This document shows, in pieces, positions 56,356 to 64,000 of a stretch of 64,000 nt of DNA; within the stretch, counting starts at the first letter, position 1; each line of letters begins with the position of its first letter. Origin of the DNA: Candidatus Bathyarchaeota archaeon (GTDB taxonomy: Archaea; Thermoproteota; Bathyarchaeia; Bathyarchaeales; Bathycorpusculaceae); assembly GCA_963833575.1 (NCBI GenBank), contig CAWHXY010000004.1, positions 1,024,001 to 1,088,000 on the forward strand. Reading direction: 5' to 3'. The notes under the pieces are model-generated. The model saw only the letters and a program-made list of their open reading frames with translations, had not been told where the DNA came from and ran no database searches. Both the position numbers and the translations under genes were made by a program.

Positions 56356-57300
56356 GTGATTTACATGGGAGAACTTGAGGGGAAAAAAATACTAGTTACT
56401 GGCGGCGCAGGGTTTATCGGTTTTCACCTCTGCAGTAGACTGTCAAAACTTACTTCCAACTTGACGATTTACGATAATTTGTCAAGCGGCAAAATGGAAA
56501 ACGCAAAGGACGTGCCTAAAGCCAAGCTTGTTAAAGGGGATATATTAGACCTAAAAAAACTGTTATCTTTAGAAAAGGCTGATTTGATTTATCATTTAGC
56601 CGCCCAAGTTGTTGTTCCTTACTCTATGGAGAATCCACTTATCGATTTTGAAACAAACGCGAAAGGCACCGTTCAGGTTCTTGAAAAAGCCCGTAAAGAC
56701 GACGCAAAAGTGGTTTTCGCATCAAGCGCAGCAGTTTACGGCAACCCAACCGTCTTTCCAACTCCTGAAGACTACGGATTTCACCCCTTCTCCTGCTACG
56801 GTTTATCCAAAGTCGTCGGCGAAGAATACTGCAACATGTACCAAAGCCAATACGGCTTAGATATTGCAATAACAAGGTTCGCAAACGTTTATGGGTCAAG
56901 ATGCCACGGCGTCATTCATGACTTCCTAGATAAACTTGCAGCAAACCCTGGCAAACTGGAAATCATCGGCACTGGATTGCAGTCGCGCGATTTTGTTCAT
57001 GTTTCAGACGTCGTAGATGCTTTGGTGACTGTGGGCTCCGAGGATTCTGCTAACGGCAAAGTTTACAACTTAGGTTACGGAACAACCATTACTATAATTG
57101 ATCTTGCCAAAATGATGCTTAAAATCCTAAACTTGGAAAAGAAAACGTTTGTTTCGACTACTGGTGTTTCTTGGCAGGGCGATGTTACGAAAATCTGGTT
57201 TGACAATTCTAGGGCTCGGAAAGAGTTAAACTGGAACCCTAAGGTAAGCCTTGAGGACGCTATAAAAGAAGTTATTGCTGAGAGGAAACTCTCGAAATGA
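56356..57300 (+). CDS. NAD-dependent sugar epimerase/dehydratase (GalE-like)
   Basis: TGGAGFIG, SSAAVYG, YGLSK, RFANVYG. Confidence 0.9.
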   Translation: MIYMGELEGKKILVTGGAGFIGFHLCSRLSKLTSNLTIYDNLSSGKMENAKDVPKAKLVKGDILDLKKLLSLEKADLIYHLAAQVVVPYSMENPLIDFETNAKGTVQVLEKARKDDAKVVFASSAAVYGNPTVFPTPEDYGFHPFSCYGLSKVVGEEYCNMYQSQYGLDIAITRFANVYGSRCHGVIHDFLDKLAANPGKLEIIGTGLQSRDFVHVSDVVDALVTVGSEDSANGKVYNLGYGTTITIIDLAKMMLKILNLEKKTFVSTTGVSWQGDVTKIWFDNSRARKELNWNPKVSLEDAIKEVIAERKLSK

Positions 57301-58181
57301 CCATGTCGGTGCCAGCTAAGGGATTAATCGCTCTATTGCGACTTCCCTACTGGCTCATGACAGGTGGTTTATCAGTCTTAACAGCGTTTGCCATTAAGAA
57401 AAGCATGATTGCGCCCGAAACGATCGTGCTGATATTTTTTTCAATGGCCTTCATAACTTCTGCAGGTTTCGCGATCAATGACTATTTCGATCGGGAAAGC
57501 GATGCAGTAATCAAGCCGAAACGTCCCATCCCCTCAGGCGCCCTATCACTTAAACAAGTTGTAGTCATTTCAGGCTTGCTCTTTGTTGTGGGTTTGATTA
57601 TGGCTGCGTACATTAATTGGCTAAGCTTCGCAATCATAGCTGTTGACTCAATTCTGCTTTTAATTTACTCAACCCTTGTTAAACGCAAATCAGGCTTCAT
57701 CGCCAACATCTTGATTGGAGTTTTGACTGGTACAGCTTTCATGTACGGACAAGTTACAATTTCCTTCCCTGCAACTGTCGGCTTGATTTCACTTAGTCTT
57801 TATCCAATCGCTTTCGGCACTATCGGCGGCAATGTCCTTCGTGACATCCTCAGCTCGGAAGGGGATTCGAAGGTTGGGTACCCAACGCTTCCTCAAAAAA
57901 TCGGTACAGCTAAGTCAACGAAGCTGGCTGCACTGTTTTTTATCCTGACTGCTGTGTTGGCTCCTCTTCCATCTCTTCCTTTCTTTGCAGGTCACTTCAC
58001 CCTTTATTATTTACCGCTTATTCTGCTGTGGAGTGCACTTCTGATTTACGCTTCTGCACGCCTTATCACTTTAGCTTCAACAGTTTCTAATGTAAGGAAA
58101 TATGAGCGTATAATTACTATGTCGATGATTCTTCTTCCGTTAGCATTAATAATCGAGGCGACACTTGGAGGGTTAATATGA
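57297..58181 (+). CDS. Digeranylgeranylglyceryl-phosphate synthase (UbiA family)
   Basis: NDYFDRESD...RPIPSG, YS..KRKSGFIANI, RDILSSEGD..GY.TLP; overlaps tes. Confidence 0.8.
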   Translation: MTMSVPAKGLIALLRLPYWLMTGGLSVLTAFAIKKSMIAPETIVLIFFSMAFITSAGFAINDYFDRESDAVIKPKRPIPSGALSLKQVVVISGLLFVVGLIMAAYINWLSFAIIAVDSILLLIYSTLVKRKSGFIANILIGVLTGTAFMYGQVTISFPATVGLISLSLYPIAFGTIGGNVLRDILSSEGDSKVGYPTLPQKIGTAKSTKLAALFFILTAVLAPLPSLPFFAGHFTLYYLPLILLWSALLIYASARLITLASTVSNVRKYERIITMSMILLPLALIIEATLGGLI

Positions 58182-59659
58182 CTAAAACAAAGAGCATCTG
58201 TCCCGAATGCCAGAAAAAAATTGATGCTCAACTAACCCAGGCTAACGAAAAAATCAAAATAACTAAAGTATGTCCTGAACATGGAAGCTTCGAAGCTACA
58301 CACTGGCAAAGCCCCCCAATCTTCAAGCATATGCAAACGTACGACCAATTTCAGTACCTCGGCGACTTGAACGCTCCAAAAGACCCGCAAGGTTGCCCTT
58401 ACGTCTGTGAAACCTGCACCAATCACGCTTCGGGTACGGTCATAGGAGTTATTGACGTAACAAAACGATGCAACCTTAAATGCGCCGTGTGCTTCTCAAC
58501 ATTTCCAGAGCAAGAAATTGATTACGAACCCACAAAAGAACACTTGATCAGAATGCTCGAGTTCGCAAGCCAAGCTAACCCCAAACCGCCAGCCATCCTT
58601 TTCTCAGGAGGAGAACCGACCGAACGAGAAGATATGCCTGAAATTATCGCTGTAGCGCATAAACTCAAATTCATGACTATTCTTGCAACAAATGGTGTAC
58701 GTTTAGCCGAAAACCCCCAGTTAGCGGAAAGACTAAAGAAAAGCGGGTTAAACATTGTTTATTTGCAGTTTGACAGTTTTCACGACGACTTCTACAAGAA
58801 GGTTCGTGGACAAGCACTTTTTGACTATAAGCTAAAAGCCCTAGATGTTTGCCGTAAATACGACATGGAAGTAATCCTTGTTAACACTCTTATGAAGAGT
58901 TTAAATGATGAAGAAGTCGGGGACATAATTAGGTTTGCAGCCAAAAACACCGACATCGTTAGAGGCTTGATTTTTCAACCTATTGCTTTTACTGGCAGAG
59001 CCACGGAGAACCGATTTAGAGAGAATTTCCGTGAATGGCATTTTGCTGAAGACGTAGAGAAGCAAACGCATGGCGAAATAAAAAGCACTGACTTGTATCC
59101 AATGTCAGTTATGACTTCGCCGATAAAGATAATGAGAAAGTTCATGCAAAAACCATGGCCACTATTTTCCTGCAGCCCTCAATGTGGCATAGTGAACTGG
59201 ATTTTTGTTTCAGAAGACGGCAAAATGTTCCCAATCAACCGCTTTGTCAATTTTGACAGATTTTTTAGACACATTCGCAAAACAGCTGAGACAGCAGAAT
59301 CCAAAGGCAAAATATCTCTGCTCTCATCGCTATTCATGGCATCAATGTTGTCGATGAACATGTTCTTAGTTACCAAAGAAGTCGGTATGCTAACTCTGCT
59401 GAACTCCATAATGAGAATGCACCTTTCGCCTTCTTACCAGTCACTTGGCAAAATACGTCGAAGAATCTTTTTGCTCGGATGCATGGCATTTATGGACTCT
59501 TACAACTTCGATGTAAACCGCGTAAGACGATGTGTAGTCCACTACATTACACCTGACCTCAAAATCATACCATTCTGCGCCTATAACAACATCCACAGAG
59601 TCGCCATCGAAAAAGAATTTGCGGAAAGACAAAAAAATTCAATCAACAAACTTAACTAA
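58178..59659 (+). CDS. tes: Tetraether lipid synthase (Tes/GDGT-MAS, MJ0619 family radical SAM)
   Basis: N-terminal CPEC...CPEH, GCPYVCETCTNH, CNLKCAVC, YLQFD, C-terminal RRCVVHY...IIPFCAYN. Confidence 0.8.
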   Translation: MTKTKSICPECQKKIDAQLTQANEKIKITKVCPEHGSFEATHWQSPPIFKHMQTYDQFQYLGDLNAPKDPQGCPYVCETCTNHASGTVIGVIDVTKRCNLKCAVCFSTFPEQEIDYEPTKEHLIRMLEFASQANPKPPAILFSGGEPTEREDMPEIIAVAHKLKFMTILATNGVRLAENPQLAERLKKSGLNIVYLQFDSFHDDFYKKVRGQALFDYKLKALDVCRKYDMEVILVNTLMKSLNDEEVGDIIRFAAKNTDIVRGLIFQPIAFTGRATENRFRENFREWHFAEDVEKQTHGEIKSTDLYPMSVMTSPIKIMRKFMQKPWPLFSCSPQCGIVNWIFVSEDGKMFPINRFVNFDRFFRHIRKTAETAESKGKISLLSSLFMASMLSMNMFLVTKEVGMLTLLNSIMRMHLSPSYQSLGKIRRRIFLLGCMAFMDSYNFDVNRVRRCVVHYITPDLKIIPFCAYNNIHRVAIEKEFAERQKNSINKLN

Positions 59660-59679
59660 CTTTGTCGAAAGAAGCACAC

Positions 59680-60210
59680 TTAACTTATTACTTGGATGTT
59701 TAGCACGCAGTAATCGTTTGTAAAGTCATATGTTCCTGTTGAATTCTGGTGCCAGAGCTCGAAAACCACAGAGAAGCTTCCAACTTCGTTTTGCGTAATT
59801 GATGATGAGGTTTGCCACATTGCTCCATTTGCTAAGCTCAAATCATATGTTTGAATTGGTTGAGCATCAACGGGAAAATTTAAGAGGTTTTGGGTAATTT
59901 TTTCGCGAACTTGGTAGGTTTGATTCCCGCTTCCTCCCATGTTGTTCACAACTCCTATCCAAATGTTAAAAGTGCTGTTCTGGTTAGCAACCAATGTTAT
60001 TGGGTAATCAACGGCCTTTTTTTGATTGTCCAGCAGGTAAACCGTATTGTATCCAGATCCAGATGATTGCGGCTTTAAAACCAAAAAATAACCCGCAACA
60101 ATTGCGACGACGATTATTAGAACGAGAAAAATGGCAATAACATAGCCTTTCTCATCGTTTAAACCGATTTTTCTGCCAATGCGCATAACATGTTCTGACA
60201 GTGTTGGCAT
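59680..60210 (-). CDS. DUF1616-like membrane-anchored protein
   Basis: N-terminal TM, YLLD...A.DYP, VVFELW; true start probably a few codons downstream. Confidence 0.6.
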   Translation of the reverse strand: MPTLSEHVMRIGRKIGLNDEKGYVIAIFLVLIIVVAIVAGYFLVLKPQSSGSGYNTVYLLDNQKKAVDYPITLVANQNSTFNIWIGVVNNMGGSGNQTYQVREKITQNLLNFPVDAQPIQTYDLSLANGAMWQTSSSITQNEVGSFSVVFELWHQNSTGTYDFTNDYCVLNIQVIS

Positions 60211-60904
60211 CCAACACCCCCCTAAATATAGTGCTAAATATCTCTATTCCCGATTTGAATCTTCTCAGTTTAGGTCTCCCATACTTTCGTGCTTTATACG
60301 TTGTGGGAACCTCAACCATGTTGTATCCTTCTACCGCGAATTTTATGAGCATTTCCGTAGCATAAGCCATATCATCCTCAATCAACTCTACGTTGTTAAT
60401 GGCTTCACGTGATATCGCTCGGAAACCTGATTGCGTATCGCTGAGAAATTGACTGTAGAAGAAATCAAAAAACCAAGTTATTACTTTGTTCCCAAGAAAA
60501 TTCATCAATCCCATAGCCTTATTTGGATCATACATACGCGTGGCTAAAACCATGTCGACATCTTTCTCAACCATTTTATCAAGCATGCGGTTAATGTGCC
60601 TTACTTCATAGGTTCCATCACCATCAACCATCACGATGATGTTGCCTTTCGCATTTTTCATACCAGTTCTCAGAGCAAGACCATAACCACGTCTTGGTTC
60701 AATAATTAGTCGGCAAAAATTTGTGTCTTTAACAATTTCTATTGTACCGTCAGTAGAATTCCCATCTACAATGATTATTTCTTTTGGATAAGTCAAGTCG
60801 TTTTGAATAGTTGTCACTGCTTCCAAGATGTTTCCTGCTTCATTGAGTGTCGGAATGACTACTGAGACCAAATCAACTTTTGACGTCATCTGCGCTTCTC
60901 CCAA
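60152..60904 (-). CDS. GT2 polyprenol-phosphate glycosyltransferase
   Basis: VIPTLNE, VDGNSTDGT, VDGDGTY, DTQSGFRA. Confidence 0.85.
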   Translation of the reverse strand: MGEAQMTSKVDLVSVVIPTLNEAGNILEAVTTIQNDLTYPKEIIIVDGNSTDGTIEIVKDTNFCRLIIEPRRGYGLALRTGMKNAKGNIIVMVDGDGTYEVRHINRMLDKMVEKDVDMVLATRMYDPNKAMGLMNFLGNKVITWFFDFFYSQFLSDTQSGFRAISREAINNVELIEDDMAYATEMLIKFAVEGYNMVEVPTTYKARKYGRPKLRRFKSGIEIFSTIFRGVLDANTVRTCYAHWQKNRFKR

Positions 60905-60936
60905 GTTGCAAAGGCTATATTGTTTCCATACTTTGG

Positions 60937-62094
60937 TTAAATAAGCTCTTCGTATATTTCAACAAGGCTTTCAACATTCTTGTCCCAACTAAACTTTTCT
61001 TCCATCACTGATCTGAGCTCTAATCTGCGTGAAGAAAAATCAATCGCCGCGAACTCCAAAACTGCTTTCGCAAGTAATTCCGGCTCATTAGGTGGTACCA
61101 ATCTTCCCCAATCATCCATCAAAATTTCACTGATTCCTCCAACGTTTGTGGCTATGACGGGCAATCCGCACGCCATAGCTTCAAGGGTAACTAAAGGCAA
61201 ACCTTCTCCAGATTTTGAAGGCAAAACAAAGAAATCTGCTGCATTATAGTAGAGAGGCAAATCTGCATCTGCAACAAAGCCTGTTAACTTAAAGTTATTT
61301 TCTATTCCTAACTGCTGGGCTCTTATCTGAACATTGTTTTGATCTGGGCCTTTCCCTACAGCAAGAAAAATTATGTTAGGATTCTTTTTGACCGCGATGT
61401 TTGCACATTCTATCAGAGTATCGATACCATTTTTATAAACAAGTCTCCTAACAGTTACTGCTACAATGGCACTTTGGGGAATTCCCAGTTTTCTTCTCAT
61501 TTCTTCGCGTTTTCCAGCCAAAGGTCTGAAACGTTGTAGGTCAACCCCGTTGTACATGACTTTAACTTTCGCTGGTTTTGCTCCTAAACTTAAAACGTAA
61601 TCTTTAGTAGCGCTGCTGACGGTTATTATTTTGTCTGCTTCTTTTAGTGTCTCTTTTCCAACCATCAAGTCATTTAACCGCTCAATCTTGTCAAAAATGT
61701 TGTCGTATTCGATGAAGGTATTGTGCTGAGTAAGTACAAATGGCTTATCGTATCGTTTTGCAAGTTTGGCTGCAATAAGCGAGGTAAGGTATGGGTGACC
61801 GTGGGCATGGACGATTTTGCTTGATTTTACTGCCTTAAGAAAAACTTCAAAACTCGGAACTGTCGGAATAGAGTAAGGTATTCCAAGGCGAAAACCCGTG
61901 TTTAAAGATTCATAACATTCAACGTTTACGCCGTCAATAACATAATGCTTGGTAGTTCCAATACGGTTGGTAACCACCATGGGCTGAAAATTTCTGCGTA
62001 ACAGCCGTTTGCTTTGTTCGTTCACAACTTTTTCTATTCCGCCTACATGGGGCAGAAAAGTGTGTGTAACAATGCACAGCTTTGTTTGAACCAT
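60937..62094 (-). CDS. GT4 glycosyltransferase
   Basis: PHVGGIE, YNGVD, EGLPLVTLEAMACGLPV. Confidence 0.9.
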   Translation of the reverse strand: MVQTKLCIVTHTFLPHVGGIEKVVNEQSKRLLRRNFQPMVVTNRIGTTKHYVIDGVNVECYESLNTGFRLGIPYSIPTVPSFEVFLKAVKSSKIVHAHGHPYLTSLIAAKLAKRYDKPFVLTQHNTFIEYDNIFDKIERLNDLMVGKETLKEADKIITVSSATKDYVLSLGAKPAKVKVMYNGVDLQRFRPLAGKREEMRRKLGIPQSAIVAVTVRRLVYKNGIDTLIECANIAVKKNPNIIFLAVGKGPDQNNVQIRAQQLGIENNFKLTGFVADADLPLYYNAADFFVLPSKSGEGLPLVTLEAMACGLPVIATNVGGISEILMDDWGRLVPPNEPELLAKAVLEFAAIDFSSRRLELRSVMEEKFSWDKNVESLVEIYEELI

Positions 62095-62306
62095 GGAAGC
62101 CCAACGTTAATTCCTCAAACAGCATCCTATTATAACATTATGGTAAAACAGGGGTTGCCCTAAGAAATAGCTAAAAAGTTGCTTTTGTTACGGAAACTAG
62201 GCGCAAACGATCAACCCTTTGCCCAACATGTAGGATTCTAAAAGAAGGCTAAGAGATTGACTGTCTAATTACCCAGCCACAAAATCGCTGAAAAAAACCA
62301 AGTATC

Positions 62307-62816
62307 TCAGTAAAAAACCGTGTCGTCTCGACTAACCTGATCTGCTTCTGCATTTCTGGTGGCACGGGTATAAACATTTGCAGATACTCCAGCAACCAAA
62401 GCACCTATTGCATCGTTTGTTATTGACCCGAGCTTCTTCAAGATGCCTGGCTTAGCTTGGTCAAACCTTACATACTCAAAAACGCCTCTAGTTCCTGCGA
62501 TATAAGTGGCTATGGCTATCCCTAAAATCTCGTCAGCGATTGGCCCTGGTCTGCCCTTGAACCTTTCCTGAGTCAACCCGGGGATCAAGCCTTTCTCTGC
62601 ATCTTCTTGTGCATGAAAAGCTGCGGTTTCAAGGATGGAAATGTTAACATCGTTCAAGGCGTCGAGGAATTCTTCTTTTAGCATTTCAGTTGCTTTTTCC
62701 TGAGTTTCTATTCCTGGATGGGGAACATACATTTCAAGTGCGCAGCTGATTAGGCTTTGTAGGGAGATGCCTTTTTGTTCAAGGAATTTTAGTAAGGCTG
62801 GCGTTTTGTTGGTCAT
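62307..62816 (-). CDS. cobZ: Archaeal alpha-ribazole-phosphate phosphatase (CobZ, PgpA-like)
   Basis: ADEILG..IATYIAGTRGVFEYVRFDQAKPGIL, DAIGALVAG; cob gene context. Confidence 0.8.
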   Translation of the reverse strand: MTNKTPALLKFLEQKGISLQSLISCALEMYVPHPGIETQEKATEMLKEEFLDALNDVNISILETAAFHAQEDAEKGLIPGLTQERFKGRPGPIADEILGIAIATYIAGTRGVFEYVRFDQAKPGILKKLGSITNDAIGALVAGVSANVYTRATRNAEADQVSRDDTVFY

Positions 62817-63139
62817 TATTTTTCCACCGCTTTTTTAAAGGTACAGTGTGCTTTAAGCGTTGCGTGGGTGTTGTTCCGTAATATTTATATGAATAGGTTG
62901 GATAAACCAACCAAGCATTAAGACGTGATAATTTGCTAAACATCAAGAAAAAAACCTCTAATTCGCTCAAAAATCTATTGAACAGCAAATTATCTAAAAA
63001 TTTGATTAATAAAACATCTTTTTTATGTTTACTTGTTTGTTTCTGTAGTTCAATTGGAAACTATGGTATTTACATTCACCTGAAACCAGCAAATGAAATA
63101 ACGGTTGAGGGTGAAGTAACTTAGGGAGTGTAAAATGAA

Positions 63140-63826
63140 ATGAAAGTTGTTGCTTCATGGAGTGGAGGAAAAGATAGCTGCTATGCATACTACTTGGCAG
63201 CACAACAAGGTCACGAAATAATGAACCTATTAACTATGATGATGAATGAGGAAAAATCAAACTTCCACATGATACCTTCCAGTATGCTGGATGCCCAATC
63301 GGATGCCATCGGAATTCCACTGGTAAAACAGCAAGCTACTCCTAAAACCTACGAGAACGATTTCAAAAGTGCACTTAGAAAGTTCAAAACCAAAGGCGCT
63401 GAAGGCTTAGTGACAGGCGACATCTACGAGGTAGCAGGGCACGAAGAAGGTTGGTTGGGACGTGTTCTAAAAGAAGTTGGCTTAACACCTGTGAAGCCGC
63501 TGTGGATGGGTGACACAAAACAAATCTATCTTGATTATTTGAAAACCGGTTTCAAAGCGACTGTTGTGCGGACGAACCTTGAAAAATTAGGCGTTGAATG
63601 GCTTGGCAAAGTGCTGGACAAAAAATTCTATGACGACATCCTGAAGTTCGGCAACGTTGACCCCTGCGGAGAAGGCGGCGAATACCACACTGTCGTGACT
63701 GATGGACCCACTTTTAAGAAAAAGATTGAAATTCTAGAAACGCAAAAGCACAAGATAGACGGCGGCTTCGGCTACTTAGAAATCAAAAAGTTCGGAGTCA
63801 AGCCGAAAGGCAAGGTAAACCCGTAA
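63140..63826 (+). CDS. DUF71/Dph6-like PP-loop ATPase, directly upstream of cobT
   Basis: SWSGGKDS, TGDI, PLW, DPCGEGGEYHT. Confidence 0.88.
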   Translation: MKVVASWSGGKDSCYAYYLAAQQGHEIMNLLTMMMNEEKSNFHMIPSSMLDAQSDAIGIPLVKQQATPKTYENDFKSALRKFKTKGAEGLVTGDIYEVAGHEEGWLGRVLKEVGLTPVKPLWMGDTKQIYLDYLKTGFKATVVRTNLEKLGVEWLGKVLDKKFYDDILKFGNVDPCGEGGEYHTVVTDGPTFKKKIEILETQKHKIDGGFGYLEIKKFGVKPKGKVNP

Positions 63827-63827
63827 A

Positions 63828-64000
63828 ATGGACACAGTACTTGACGTATTAATAGCCCATAACCCATTGAAAGCAAAAGCTTTCCTCGCTGAAATTGAAG
63901 GCAAAAATCCCCTTTTCATATGTACAATCGGCACAACCGAAACAGGAAAAATTGCAGGCATATCGGCAGCGGGAGCAAACCCAGAATTCACCGATTACAC
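63828..64000 (+). CDS. cobT: Archaeal nicotinate-nucleotide:base phosphoribosyltransferase (CobT), truncated by the window end
   Basis: Manual translation MDTVLDVLIAHNP...FICTIGTTETGKIAGISAAGANPEFTDY matches the archaeal CobT N-terminus. Confidence 0.8.
   Translation, partial: MDTVLDVLIAHNPLKAKAFLAEIEGKNPLFICTIGTTETGKIAGISAAGANPEFTDY

Overview
Archaeal window, most consistent with Bathyarchaeia (inferred from frequent TTG starts, archaeal cobY/cobZ/cobT, a DGGGP synthase plus Tes, a PEF-CTERM protein and paralogous PQQ-like beta-propeller surface proteins). It holds 12 radical SAM genes: 7 cobalamin-binding, 3 SPASM-type, 1 HemN-like and 1 tetraether synthase. These are interleaved with the cobamide nucleotide-loop pathway (cbiB, cobD, cobY, cobS, cobZ, cobT), three DUF71/Dph6-like PP-loop ligases, an orphan RnfD-ferredoxin fusion, glycosyltransferases and surface proteins. 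Three features are not visible in the ORF track. (i) A 3.6-kb IS6-family cargo transposon (24493-28119) with bipartite terminal inverted repeats and an exact 8-bp target duplication; it encodes a SWIM/Zn-ribbon-fused DDE transposase, an AbrB-like gene and a PD-(D/E)XK passenger. (ii) Two copies of an apparently non-coding ~300-bp element built from tandem GAA/TTC-stem hairpins with a compensatory base change, flanking a DUF71 + two B12-radical-SAM block. (iii) Two genes that need non-canonical start codons (CTG, ATA). No tRNA, rRNA or CRISPR array was recognised. All family assignments are by-eye motif recognition, not database searches.
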